A DNA stretch of 64,000 bases from Patescibacteria group bacterium (GCA_041671125.1 JBAZCA010000004.1:87029-151028); one strand, 5' to 3'; shown: positions 10,201 through 18,904, numbered from the stretch's first letter. Made by a program: numbers and translations. Notes: generated from the sequence alone by a model not told the origin.

Positions 10201-13200
10201 TTATATCGGGCGAAAATCTTGCCGGCGGAAACGTAAGCTTAAAGGAAAAAGCGGCAGCGGCAAAAGATATTCATGAATTGATTGAAGGGGCCGGTAGCGG
10301 AGGAGCTAATTATTTCAAAGACGGGGAAAATTCAATATCTCTTGATTTGTCCGGTAATATACGGAAAAGCAAACGCTTTTACGTGTCGGGTAATGATATA
10401 ACCAACGGGACTCTTTCGGTAAAGGGCAAGGCGGACAATTCTACGCTGGAAATTAAGGAAGCGGCGATTAGCTACCAGCTTAAAAGGAATATTGATAAAA
10501 CTTCCTGCAACGGGCTGGTAAACTTTGACAACGGGTGCGTTTTGTTCAATGAAAGGACTTACGCCGGAGCCGGCTGGGCAGGACTCACCTTAAACGCCGA
10601 TTCCTCAAAAGACGGAGAAGCGCCGAAAACCGATTCGCCGGTAAATGCCAACGTTTTAATTAAGGTCGCTCCCGACCGGGTCTGCAATGAATGGCTGGCC
10701 TGCCGATCAGCCGTCGGCCTCGGAATAAAAAATGCGAGCAATTCCGAAGAGCAGGCTTGCTTTAATATTGGCACCTGCAACCAGATGGACGACAGCGGCA
10801 AATGCGTCAGTTTTTCCATTTCGGATGATGAAAGCGCAATGGAGGCGAAAGGAATCAAAGGCGCGCTAAGCAATGTTTCGGAATTCGCGAACCGTTCTGG
10901 TTATTCAAAAGTCGGAATAAAAACGGTTGACGACCCGGGGATGAAAGGCTACTTTGCTTTTGGCGATATGAATCAGATCGGCGAAGTGTCCACTGTTCCT
11001 AACGGAAATTTTGAAATTTATGGCAGTAATAAATATCCGATCGGCTGGTCTCCACAGAAAGGAAGTTGGAACATGAACCTTTTCTCGGCAATTAACAATC
11101 CTTACGCGGCTCAGGCTGAAGGAGGAATTTCCGGCCGGGGCGGAATCGGTTATCCGGTTGAAGGCGTAAGCTTACTTAAATATTCGGCCGCCATCCATCC
11201 CAAAGTCGGGCCGACTTCGGAATATATAGATGTTGAAAGAGGGGAATATGTTCTTAGCGCCAGGATTAATACTCTTGGTTTAAAATCCGTTGATTCCGCG
11301 ACAGTCAGAGCGGTTGTCGGGCTGGAATTTTTTAACTCTCAGGGAAACAGTCTGGCCTCCTCCTTAGAGCCTATTAACATGGACATGGCCGGAGACTGGA
11401 AGCTGAATGTGGCAAAATTTAAAGTGAGCGGATCAGCCAAAAGAATAAAACTTAACCTTACCAGTAAAATCGGGAATGATTATTGCCAGTCCGCCGTCGA
11501 TCCGGTCTTGAGATTATCAGACGGCGTTTCCAATATTGACTGTAACGAAGGCGCCTGGATGACTGTCGGGCCCGAAGACAACGGCGAAATTCAGAGCGAT
11601 TCATCGGGCCCGGAAATAAAGATAAGAAGCGATAATCAGACTCCGTCCGATTGCGCCACTGAAAAATGGAAGGCTGAAATACAGGACGCCAGCGGCGGCT
11701 GGCATGAAGTTTATTCGGGTGATTCCTGCAATTTAGAAAACGGCAGTAATTTTTTAATAAACATGGAAGATTTCGGGCTTTCGTCCATAAAAAATGTCCG
11801 GGCGACCTGTACCGGTACCGGATCGGATGAATGCGTGTCCTGCCCGGATATTAGCGATTGGCATTTTATCAGCCTGGCCCCGGCATATAATATTTCCAAC
11901 TCAAAGTGCTCGGGAAATATTTACATAGACGACATAAAAATAAAACCGGCGCTTGCCGCTCGCCCGGAATGGAACATAACCCAGTCCTGTCGGCTCTATC
12001 CGCAGTCCGATTCCCTTTCCTGCGATTACTTTAACGATTCAGGCCTCCGGGAAAAAGGCCTTTACGGCTACTGCCTCCAGTACGACCGGTCTCCGGGCTC
12101 GCCGGAAAATTGCCTTCAGTGGTGGCCGGTTGATAAGGTAAAAGGCGACGGTATAGAAGAAGGCGCCGGGTATCAAGGCAGATATCCGTTGTATTATACG
12201 ACTGACATAGAGGATATAAGCCATTGCTCAAGTTATGAATTAGTCGGAGTGAAAAAAAATCAAGTTTTTACGACTCCAGCCATGCACTGTGATAGCTTCG
12301 GCGATGAGTGCGATGACGATCGCGTAGAAGTAATTTTTGACGCAGTAAGAATGGAAAAGAGACTAAATCCCGGGCCATTTCCAGGGTTTACATTCAGTTG
12401 TTCCGAGGATGGGGTTAATATGCAATATACTGGAGCCGGACTTAATCCCGTATATTCAGATTCAACATATGATTGGTTTTGTACTTCTGATTCTTTTGTT
12501 CCCGAACTGATTGAAATAAACGCGCCTTGCGGAGCTGAGGCAATCTTTGATCCAGGTCCGCGCAAACCATGGTATAAGTTTATTGCTACTAAGATTATTC
12601 AGGTTGTTACTCCGTCAGGACAGAATAAATATTGGAGTGGTAGAGTTTATAATGGAAGCACTTTTAACTATAGTTGCAACGCAGGCTTGCCTGACGGTTT
12701 ATTGCCGGATCCTAACTATAGGAATTGCGAATATGGATATGACTATCCTCCTTTCGGCTCTCTTGTTTATCCTTACCCTTCGGCTAATCCTTATGAATGG
12801 GACGGCAAAGGCGATTTAGGTATCCAGCCATTATATTATGAACTTCCGGATACGGAAAATTACTCCGCGCCTTATCAGCCGAGAACCGGACAGCTAAGTA
12901 CGGAAGACAATATCAAAAACCTTTTTGCCCAAAGCTACGGCAACTGGCAATGGGACGGGAGTAATTATGTTCCATACAATTCCAGCTGTGTCGGCGGAAG
13001 TAATGACAAGAAAGTCTGTATAATTGACGCGGATTGTCCGGGAGGCGCTTGCACCGGCAATAATTGGACTTCGCCGGGAATAGTTTGTCCGACTGTTAGC
13101 GGAGAGATATTAAGACCGGAATTTAATTCAGCCGCCCCAAGCGCCGACCTTTGCGCTGTCCCTCCCCTGATCTATAACATAAAAGTCAACGCTACTTCAA

Positions 13201-13607
13201 CGGTTGACGTAGAAATCATAAAGAACGGCTACGTCAACTTCACTTTTAACAGCCATATTGACTCGCAGCAGCTGCCCCTCACTATGATTTCGGTTGACTG
13301 GGGAGATTTAGAAAACACCATAATAACCGGGGTGGAAATGCGCGACCGCCAGGATCCGGTTAATCCGCATTCGCTCTATCACCTGTATGATTATTGGGAT
13401 TTAAAAAGAAAGGCGGCGGATACGAGCCCGAGGGGTCTAGACGTTTCGGATATTGACTGCCCGGCGGGAGGAAATTTTTGTCTCGTAAGGCCGAGAATAA
13501 AAATCATGGATAACTGGGGTTGGTGCACGAGCGGAACTACCGGCGACAATTGTCCTAGCAACGGCTATATTGAATTTTCGCATTGGATTGTTGTAAAGGA
13601 GAGGTGA
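4290..13607 (+). CDS. Giant (3105 aa) Cys-rich secreted/surface protein with several beta-sandwich (CBM4/9- or laminin-G-like) modules
   Basis: Uninterrupted 9.3-kb ORF with an N-terminal hydrophobic signal/anchor (ISLLVMICFCFSVSASVFIFPFF). Cys-rich throughout. Recurrent N-x-x-F-E type module starts (NLLINSGFEDY, FSDNFEDGTGDW, VPNGNFEIYG). Ends with TGA. Confidence 0.8.
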   Translation: MVGKKEKNNKVISLLVMICFCFSVSASVFIFPFFSPEAKAQSIGLEGATSELGGIAAGMGITVKDPGVTAGVDKNYLETATGWLMDRARENWRDMLFNASALAFKSGLRFFLNELAYNSAVYLATGDKGQTPMFYTDSWKDYLIMAADGAAGMFLDKMVTNIGSATGWWQNFSICDPNINVKIMIALGLRRQMYERPRCTFSQLTENWESKLSSPTFLNDFQNMFNPWESDMGIALTMQAGSVDYAQKAKENATYQRLTNDFKPITEKISGFIKSPSRATMKAFDKPIDDSDAPEKIFTGSMAADAIDIFISTLIGKLFEQWLMSGLVSEVPSTVDLSNPEIEALNDDIEAAKERFRKLIEPQFGTRGDYDILVDLTSCPDPSKPGPTDCVITEKFRQAVANRLTVKAAMDQGYLNKNGVFGFIAGKSLEPKFENGDYPYRSLVILRKYRIIPVGWEIGAQYIKMDNPQGGNDQGKNITLKEMAECFEADDNVEGYEEPWCRGLVDPNWVLKAPLNYCKKLGYGPEIISKSITGDGDSSKTNISRNGDYCADEQSCVKENFDGSCQVYGYCSEERRTWNFNNRSCDPKYNTCEIFRSRSGNTASYLENTLDYNGCTADNVGCLGYCKTENYVPGVKNTSFVIEQDYDAGGGKIRTRKWELPATFQNNQTAAEFYGYRDAHSLMDNQWIVKADRSEFFIHYNTVTGISSIGWLHDKPQLVKCQAYIKHPEDPYDSQSENDWCVDSANPGACGNGENWQTADPSANCFDFVEYCKTHEDDRSDEVNCDGGEAALAFSKITAGNKVAVRDDAGDANNSGIGNEIKQGDNWEEGWTKKNTDGGMIEMPSGNWEVEIAPTLTAGISELVFAYEGGMLDASQGFKVVLGGSNLPFRIKSSPDTLSGEWQCEGAKDKIYFDKDAEKCDSGNEGCHEFIRTKAGIGANLLINSGFEDYLDIGGWDKWGKADSDRRSGSSALALKDGGVSKDDVSPGPWEVGEYFTLSLYAKNCAGLKAKLGDAESETGLSGSSDWQRLILSAKMDGTGIEIAIGLKEYAAGCVIDDIKLERNDSASDWNEYGGPGKIYEKLIPAYFENSAENENRSHCYEDVNPDDGDGLDYTFSKDALPECSNFARKCNPDEANCELYTSIRTKEAIPAKISANDLCPSTCVGYDMFIQKETGFDSARPEYFIPKTARTCGYVSAGCDEFTNLDELEKGAEKKEYYSELRQCIKPAEAGSPGCNDFYTWEGSSETGFQLKVFRLKQDDDGEAGDLYSGDPAITGDDSDNCGETSYADGTGGSDCRQFYNRQGGISYHLYLKTISCSDDCHPYRRTENNTLDSEARCKEECPDSNQACACSTDCGAATGKLSCKKSNTEYIYCKNGGTWRNDHNACVYSAIPGEGRACSASQAGCREYNGNNGANVRTIFSDNFEDGTGDWTANKGTLEISGEAVFVGEHSLKATVSGTEVELVKPVGTLLADDDESSYILTFTAKKLKGGSGGQWIVDNGIYFSDGTDKSYFEIDEETKAGLAGDGDWLLYKFNLKKLDHAETDKEILVIKANQGYYIDNIKLTQTIDRYYLIKNSWNTPLECDNKIDDPEGQKAYASGSAGCKTALPDSDGTVRACFPQEMLNCDQYKDREKIDYYLKSFSALCQDSAVGCELMVDTHNSTNPEAMSYEDGEISVPADNFIYAVYDKKKTCNAADKGCERLGKPYSYSGDSVYQNEFLKNDPDAYPKILCSSSEEGCEEWIATESDKNYFKDPGDQVCEYRQALGLGAGWWKKQVKRCDDGSGVGSSVNGKIDAEINAEGNSVKASENQICVDTGGCGRTGIKCDSDEVCGAFRTCLEGECRYTCILDANNYGCQTDAKKAPKTIGYPGAPIEQPDEEEIKDVNDIDRDGNTDEIIKTIKWAGACPASEAGCSEYIDPVSRFLTNVVFNSDFSQNVDNANGPDGWNCDAREEDCSQELQLSPSALYIISGENLAGGNVSLKEKAAAAKDIHELIEGAGSGGANYFKDGENSISLDLSGNIRKSKRFYVSGNDITNGTLSVKGKADNSTLEIKEAAISYQLKRNIDKTSCNGLVNFDNGCVLFNERTYAGAGWAGLTLNADSSKDGEAPKTDSPVNANVLIKVAPDRVCNEWLACRSAVGLGIKNASNSEEQACFNIGTCNQMDDSGKCVSFSISDDESAMEAKGIKGALSNVSEFANRSGYSKVGIKTVDDPGMKGYFAFGDMNQIGEVSTVPNGNFEIYGSNKYPIGWSPQKGSWNMNLFSAINNPYAAQAEGGISGRGGIGYPVEGVSLLKYSAAIHPKVGPTSEYIDVERGEYVLSARINTLGLKSVDSATVRAVVGLEFFNSQGNSLASSLEPINMDMAGDWKLNVAKFKVSGSAKRIKLNLTSKIGNDYCQSAVDPVLRLSDGVSNIDCNEGAWMTVGPEDNGEIQSDSSGPEIKIRSDNQTPSDCATEKWKAEIQDASGGWHEVYSGDSCNLENGSNFLINMEDFGLSSIKNVRATCTGTGSDECVSCPDISDWHFISLAPAYNISNSKCSGNIYIDDIKIKPALAARPEWNITQSCRLYPQSDSLSCDYFNDSGLREKGLYGYCLQYDRSPGSPENCLQWWPVDKVKGDGIEEGAGYQGRYPLYYTTDIEDISHCSSYELVGVKKNQVFTTPAMHCDSFGDECDDDRVEVIFDAVRMEKRLNPGPFPGFTFSCSEDGVNMQYTGAGLNPVYSDSTYDWFCTSDSFVPELIEINAPCGAEAIFDPGPRKPWYKFIATKIIQVVTPSGQNKYWSGRVYNGSTFNYSCNAGLPDGLLPDPNYRNCEYGYDYPPFGSLVYPYPSANPYEWDGKGDLGIQPLYYELPDTENYSAPYQPRTGQLSTEDNIKNLFAQSYGNWQWDGSNYVPYNSSCVGGSNDKKVCIIDADCPGGACTGNNWTSPGIVCPTVSGEILRPEFNSAAPSADLCAVPPLIYNIKVNATSTVDVEIIKNGYVNFTFNSHIDSQQLPLTMISVDWGDLENTIITGVEMRDRQDPVNPHSLYHLYDYWDLKRKAADTSPRGLDVSDIDCPAGGNFCLVRPRIKIMDNWGWCTSGTTGDNCPSNGYIEFSHWIVVKER

Positions 13608-13767
13608 ATTGTCTGAACCGCTGATTTCGCCGAGAACGCTGATGTCTTTGATTTATGTTATGTCACGGCAGAATCTCCTGAAAAGGGATTCTGCCGGTAG
13701 AAAAATTTTAGAATTAAAGAATTAGAAATTGTTTAAAAATTGAAAATTAGAAATTGAAAATTTAGAC

Positions 13768-14436
13768 ATGTCTGATATAAATGAAAACATATTCCGGGAA
13801 AAAGTTTTGGGGAAAGAGCTTAGCGGCGAAAGTCAGGCGCGGGCGGCCGGGGACAGGTTAAGGCAGGATAAGGCGGAGAGCGCGAGTAAAAAAAGAACTG
13901 AAAATCAGACCGCCGGAAACCGGAGAGGGCTCAGGATGCCGGAGACAGGAAGCGGGAATAATGGTAATATGGATAGTATGCGGGACGAACAGGATGGCGA
14001 TAAAAACAACGAGCCGGAAAGACTTAATGATCCGGTTGAGCAGGCAAAAGCGGCCGGGGATTTAGCGAAAGGAGAAAAAGAAGCTAAAGAAAAGGGAGAT
14101 AAAAAGAAAGATGAGTCTGGCGAAGAAGGTTTAGTGCAAGGATTTTTCGCGAAAAAAATAAAGAATAAAATATACAGCTCCATTCCGGGGTTTAACCTAG
14201 TCTGGGCGTTATGGAGGTTTTTAAGCGGAAAGAAATTGAAACTGGATATTGGCGATATTTTTTTGATGTCGTTTTCAAGTCTGACCGCGTTGTTTGTGGT
14301 ATTAGCTACAACCGGCTTTATAGTAATGATTACCACCTTTATGTTCCATCCCTGGGAGGCGACGAAAACTTTGGTAAGCGCGCTTTGGAGTGGATTAGAC
14401 TGGAGCGCGTTCAAGGCTATAGCCGACTTATTTTAA
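13768..14436 (+). CDS. Small protein with charged low-complexity N-terminus and two C-terminal transmembrane helices
   Basis: K/E/D/G-rich N-terminal half. C-terminal hydrophobic segments FNLVWALWRFL and LTALFVVLATTGFIVMITTFMF. Confidence 0.5.
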   Translation: MSDINENIFREKVLGKELSGESQARAAGDRLRQDKAESASKKRTENQTAGNRRGLRMPETGSGNNGNMDSMRDEQDGDKNNEPERLNDPVEQAKAAGDLAKGEKEAKEKGDKKKDESGEEGLVQGFFAKKIKNKIYSSIPGFNLVWALWRFLSGKKLKLDIGDIFLMSFSSLTALFVVLATTGFIVMITTFMFHPWEATKTLVSALWSGLDWSAFKAIADLF

Positions 14437-14479
14437 AATCAGGCGCGTCTAAAGAAAAGTAAGTAACAGCTAATCTTAA

Positions 14480-17218
14480 ATGTTTAATATTACTGAAAAG
14501 AAAAATAAATTTTATAGTTTTATCCATCAAAACAGGCGGATTATTTTTTCGTTCGCAGGGAGTATTTTATTATTATTTGTCGCGAATAATACGGCGTATG
14601 CCGTTGATAATTCTTCTGGTGTGCTTGGAACGGTTTCCAATGCGGTAGGCGGAGTCGTGGCGACGCTCATCGCCATAATCGCGTTGCTGGTTTCTTCCGC
14701 GCTCGGGCTTTTATCAACCCTGCTAATCCAAGTTTTGATCAACATAGCCAGCTATAGCAGTTTTACGGGCGCCCAAGCAGTTATAACTGGCTGGGTTATT
14801 ATTAGGGATATATGCAACATGTTTTTTATATTAATTCTCTTAATAATCGCTTTTGCTACGATTTTAAGGGTTGAAAGTTATAATATAAAAAAAACTTTGC
14901 CAAAACTGCTTATAATGGCGGTGCTTATTAACTTTTCCAAAACAATTTTCGGTTTAATAACTGATTCAGCCCAGATAGTCATGATGACTTTTGTCAACGC
15001 TTTTTCCCAGGGGGCGGGGTTTTTTGTAAATATGCTCAATATTGTTGACATATATAAAGGAGTAGCGTTATCAGGCACCGGATGGGAGAATTGGAAAGTA
15101 GCAGCCACACTAATATTGGCGGTTATTGCTTCCATAGTCACGGTCATCATATTAGGGGTAATGATAGCGGTGCTCACAGTAAGAATTGTGATGATTTGGA
15201 TTTATACGATTTTTTCGCCTTTGGTATTTTTAGGCTTTGCTTTTCCGCCTATTGCTAAATATACCGGCCAGATCTGGCAGGATTTTATTAAGCAGGTAAT
15301 AGTCGGACCGGTTCTGGCGTTTTTTATTTGGCTGGCTCTAACTACCCAGCAAAGCACTCCGTTAGTAAATCAAACGACCGTATGCGCAGGAGTGGCCGAA
15401 TTTTTTTGCGAAGGAAATTTTCAAAAATTTATCATAACCATCGGCCTTTTAATGGGCGGGATGATGGCCGCCCAGCAGATGGGCGGGGCGGCGGCGAGTA
15501 TCGCCGGGAAAGGTTTAAATTGGGCGAAAGCGGTGGCGGGTACTCCAGGAAAATTGGCGCTCGGAACACCGGGCTGGGTGGCTGGTAAAATAAAAATGGG
15601 GGCATTTTCGGATTTATTGGCAACAAAGAAAACAGTGGATGTTCATGATGAAGCGGGAAATGTTATCGGCCAAAAGACGAAATATGTCGGAAAAAAATGG
15701 AGCAGGGGAGTTGGAGGCGCGCTGGCTAATTTTGCTTATGGACTGGAATTAAATCCAGTGAATATGTATAAGGGTATTAAGGAGGGGTTGGCTTCAAAGA
15801 CTGAAAAAGACAAGATGAGGGGAATCGTCGCATCCTCAGACGCCTTAAAAGGTGGTGGAGTTTTGGGTTTAGTCAAAGGACTCGGGGTTTCCAGAGATAT
15901 GACCGAGGCGCTGGCGCATGGATTTTTTTGGGCGGATGGATTTAAGAGAGTGATAGCGGTTGCCAGAGGAACGGATAGAAAGAGAATGGGAATTTCCAAG
16001 GAACTGGATAAAGCTTTTGCGGAACAAAAGGCTCTGGAGAAAGACGGAAAATATTCCAAATCGCAAATTGACGGGCAGAGAGAAAAAGCTATGGATGCCA
16101 AGGAGCGCTATGATAATGCTGATCGGTCTGCCACTTCTCCGGAAGAATTAAATAAGCTGGTAGAAGCGGCAAAAGAAGAGAATAGAATTCTTAAAGAAAT
16201 GGAAGCGAATTTTGATAGTGAAAAAGATAATAAAGTTTCATTAAATAATAATAAAATAGAACAGCTAAGAACGGACATGACTCATTACCGGCCGATTCAG
16301 ACCTTCTACGCTGATCGCGATCGGGACGCTTTAATTTCGCAGACCCAGCAAAAATTAGGCAATACTAATAATGAAGATTTATTGAAAGAATTGTTTAAGA
16401 ACGCAATTGCCAATAAAGACCGGGAAGCGGCGGCCGCTATTATGCTTCATGCCGCCCGAGTTGGGCATCTAAACGAAATGATCCATTCTTGGACCTCAAA
16501 GAAAGACGTTAAGGAAGAATATATTGATGAAAATGGTAACAAGAAAGAGAGAATAGTAATTGGCGAAGGTAAAAAATTACATCAAAGCGGGTTGGGACTG
16601 AATGAATTAGTTAACCAAGCGCTTATTAGCGAATTAGGCATGAGTGAACAGCAGGCTTACGCAGTGCAGGCGGACGCGAGCATGTTGGCTAAATCAGTTG
16701 GTCATTTTAATATGGCTGAAACTATAACTTCCGAAAACGGACGTTTGAAACAATTAAGCCAGGCAAATCATATGGGAAGAATCAGGGGAGAGGCGAGAAA
16801 AGTTGATGCTAGAACGTATCTTAGGAATTATAACCGGATAGCCCATGGAGACGAAATAGAAGCCGAAGACGGCTCAGGAAGAGATTTTAAAATCAATGAT
16901 CTCGGTTTCAGAACATTTCTGGAAAACCCTGGAGCTTACAGATATCTTGTTCTCAGGAATGAATTTAATAAAAATGCGGCTATGAATATAGCCAGAGATA
17001 AGAAGCGTTTGTTTGAATTTGTAGATAAATTAAAAGGGGCGGGAACGGAGACATATTGGGATGAATATGAGAAGAAAGAAGTCTCTTATAAGGATGTAGC
17101 CGATTCTCTTGTTAAATACGGAGAAATAATCAGTAAGACTTCCGTAGGAGAAGGTAAAGAAAAGCTAGGAGTTGATGAGGCTATAAAACAAATGCGAGAA
17201 TCCGGAGCTAAGAGTTAA
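14480..17218 (+). CDS. Polytopic membrane protein (about 8-10 TM) with ~500-aa charged coiled-coil-like C-terminal domain; possible VirB6/TrbL-like channel component
   Basis: N-terminal signal-like helix followed by many hydrophobic helices up to about aa 330, then a long K/E-rich soluble region. The VirB6-like call is topology-based only. Confidence 0.55.
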   Translation: MFNITEKKNKFYSFIHQNRRIIFSFAGSILLLFVANNTAYAVDNSSGVLGTVSNAVGGVVATLIAIIALLVSSALGLLSTLLIQVLINIASYSSFTGAQAVITGWVIIRDICNMFFILILLIIAFATILRVESYNIKKTLPKLLIMAVLINFSKTIFGLITDSAQIVMMTFVNAFSQGAGFFVNMLNIVDIYKGVALSGTGWENWKVAATLILAVIASIVTVIILGVMIAVLTVRIVMIWIYTIFSPLVFLGFAFPPIAKYTGQIWQDFIKQVIVGPVLAFFIWLALTTQQSTPLVNQTTVCAGVAEFFCEGNFQKFIITIGLLMGGMMAAQQMGGAAASIAGKGLNWAKAVAGTPGKLALGTPGWVAGKIKMGAFSDLLATKKTVDVHDEAGNVIGQKTKYVGKKWSRGVGGALANFAYGLELNPVNMYKGIKEGLASKTEKDKMRGIVASSDALKGGGVLGLVKGLGVSRDMTEALAHGFFWADGFKRVIAVARGTDRKRMGISKELDKAFAEQKALEKDGKYSKSQIDGQREKAMDAKERYDNADRSATSPEELNKLVEAAKEENRILKEMEANFDSEKDNKVSLNNNKIEQLRTDMTHYRPIQTFYADRDRDALISQTQQKLGNTNNEDLLKELFKNAIANKDREAAAAIMLHAARVGHLNEMIHSWTSKKDVKEEYIDENGNKKERIVIGEGKKLHQSGLGLNELVNQALISELGMSEQQAYAVQADASMLAKSVGHFNMAETITSENGRLKQLSQANHMGRIRGEARKVDARTYLRNYNRIAHGDEIEAEDGSGRDFKINDLGFRTFLENPGAYRYLVLRNEFNKNAAMNIARDKKRLFEFVDKLKGAGTETYWDEYEKKEVSYKDVADSLVKYGEIISKTSVGEGKEKLGVDEAIKQMRESGAKS

Positions 17219-17232
17219 ATATTTTAAGTAAT

Positions 17233-18156
17233 ATGGCGCAACAAACAAAATTAAAAGATCAGGAATTCTTCGCGAAAGTTCAGAAAACAGCCGAGGATTT
17301 GATTAATGATAATAATTTTACCGAAGCTTATAATCTTGGCGCGGGATTGAATGACAGTATAGAAAAAGCGAAAAATTTTAAAATTGAATCGCAGGAGCTG
17401 TACCGGAAATATAAGGAGTTAGCGATTAAATTACTCTGGATTGGACTGCCGGTTATGACCAAAAATGAAGTGAGAAGGATATTCCGCGATCATTTTGTTA
17501 AGAGTTTTGCTATTTTCGGATATGACCATTGGGTTAAATTAAAACCCATCTTGCTCGCGATAATGTCATTGGACGATCGGGATGCCTTTAAAAAGCAGTT
17601 AACTCAGGTCTTGGCGGAGAATCAGGAGAAAATTACCAATAAGAAACTCCTAATCAGCAGCGAAGAAAAAGATCCGACGGTCGGCAATTGGATTCTTGAT
17701 TATAACCGAAGCCTTGGGACTTCGGGAATGAGTGGAATCGCGAGAACTCAGTATCTAGTTAATAGTATAAACATAAAAAATCTTTCCAAAGAAGAAAAGG
17801 AGAGAATTCAAAAACTTTTTGAGTTGTATGAGCGGCTTAAATTATCTTCACAGACTCTTGAGGGCTATGAAATGGATGTTCCGGTAAATGAGATGGGGGT
17901 AAACGGAACAATCCGGCAGGGAGTTTTTGAGCCGACTCCGCCGGAAACAAAGAACGATAAAATTATCCAAAGGATAATTGATGAAATGATGGGGCGGATC
18001 AAGCCGACGGCAAGCGGCGGTGAGGATGTGGTTGGAGGCACAAAAGGGGTTCAAAATGAACTCACTCAGCTAAAAATCCTCGCCTCCGAATACCCGGCCG
18101 GGTCGCTTGAGCGTAGGGCGATTGAGGAGGAGATGGGGAAGCTGAATGCTGAATAA
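17233..18156 (+). CDS. Hypothetical soluble protein
   Basis: 307-aa ORF starting 14 bp after the previous gene. No motif recognised. Confidence 0.5.
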   Translation: MAQQTKLKDQEFFAKVQKTAEDLINDNNFTEAYNLGAGLNDSIEKAKNFKIESQELYRKYKELAIKLLWIGLPVMTKNEVRRIFRDHFVKSFAIFGYDHWVKLKPILLAIMSLDDRDAFKKQLTQVLAENQEKITNKKLLISSEEKDPTVGNWILDYNRSLGTSGMSGIARTQYLVNSINIKNLSKEEKERIQKLFELYERLKLSSQTLEGYEMDVPVNEMGVNGTIRQGVFEPTPPETKNDKIIQRIIDEMMGRIKPTASGGEDVVGGTKGVQNELTQLKILASEYPAGSLERRAIEEEMGKLNAE

Positions 18157-18262
18157 TGAAGCATGAATTATGAATCAAGGAGGCAAGATAAAATCATTCA
18201 CTGATTTGAACGCGTGGAAAGAGGGTCATAAACTGGTACTAATGATTCGTTATTCGTAATTC
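18151..18262. repeat. Palindromic element, family R2 (GAATTATGAAT...ATTCGTAATTC arms) enclosing a four-helix-bundle gene fragment
   Basis: Left arm gaataatgaagcatgaattatgaat; right arm attcgttattcgtaattc. Same arm vocabulary as the elements in recG and pilD. Confidence 0.65.
18170..18259 (+). pseudogene. Truncated four-helix-bundle protein (23S rRNA intervening-sequence protein family) fragment, 29 codons
   Basis: Translates MNQGGKIKSFTDLNAWKEGHKLVLMIRYS*. The K-S-F-x-D-L-x-x-W motif matches the N-terminus of the four-helix-bundle family, but only about 25% of normal length is present. Confidence 0.4.
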
Positions 18263-18271
18263 AGTTGGAAT

Positions 18272-18904
18272 ATGTCGGAACTAATCCCCTACGAAAACAT
18301 TAAAACTAAAATTTACCTGATCCGGGGCCAAAAGGTTATGATTGACCGCGATTTGGCTGTGCTTTACGGGGTTGAGACGAAGAGACTGAATGAACAAGTA
18401 AGGAGAAATATTAAAAGATTTCCTTCGGATTTTATGTTTCAGCTTTCGAGAAAAGAATATGAAAACTTGATATTCCAATTTGGCATTTCAAGTTTAGAAA
18501 TTGGCGAAGGTGAAGTTAACTTGAAGTCGCAAAATGCGACCTTGAACGAGAAAGTGGGCGAAAATTCGCAAATTTCAAGGTCGCAAAATGCGACCTTGAA
18601 AGACAGAAGAGGTTCTAATGTTAAATATCTGCCTTACGCCTTTACCGAGCACGGTGTGGCTATGCTCTCCAGCGTTCTAAAAAGCGAGCGAGCCGTAGAA
18701 ATAAATATCGCGATAATCCGGACATTTATTAAATTGCGTGATTTTGCCTTAAACTACAAGGCGCTGGCGGAAAAGATTAACGAACTGGAAAGCGGCTATA
18801 AAAATCATGATAAAAAGATCGTAGAAATATTCGCGGCGCTAAGGCTGATGGCAAGGAATGACGGGAATGAAATAAAAGAGGAAATCGGATTTAAGGCTGT
18901 CTGA
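18272..18904 (+). CDS. ORF6N-domain (KilA-N-like) DNA-binding protein
   Basis: N-terminus IYLIRGQKVMIDRDLAVLYGVETKRLNEQVRRNIKRFPSDFMFQL and YLPYAFTEHGVAMLSSVLKSERAVEINIAIIRTF are typical ORF6N signatures. Internal duplicated KSQNATL segment. Confidence 0.75.
   Translation: MSELIPYENIKTKIYLIRGQKVMIDRDLAVLYGVETKRLNEQVRRNIKRFPSDFMFQLSRKEYENLIFQFGISSLEIGEGEVNLKSQNATLNEKVGENSQISRSQNATLKDRRGSNVKYLPYAFTEHGVAMLSSVLKSERAVEINIAIIRTFIKLRDFALNYKALAEKINELESGYKNHDKKIVEIFAALRLMARNDGNEIKEEIGFKAV

Noticed and set aside
4046-13607. Many 60-140-aa ORFs antisense to or out of frame with the giant gene (for example 5919..6329, 6573..6917, 7552..7956) and similar shadow ORFs inside other long genes (1655..2269, 45842..46411, 24953..25417)
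   Set aside because: They are fully nested in much longer ORFs with clear protein-like composition. Their own translations are low-complexity (S/P/A/I-rich), which is typical of shadow ORFs.
13700-13767. CRISPR-like array suggested by repeated AT-rich words (gaaattg, gaaaatt) and other short intergenic repeats
   Set aside because: The repeats are short, irregular, low-complexity and lack unique spacers of constant length. No cas genes are present.
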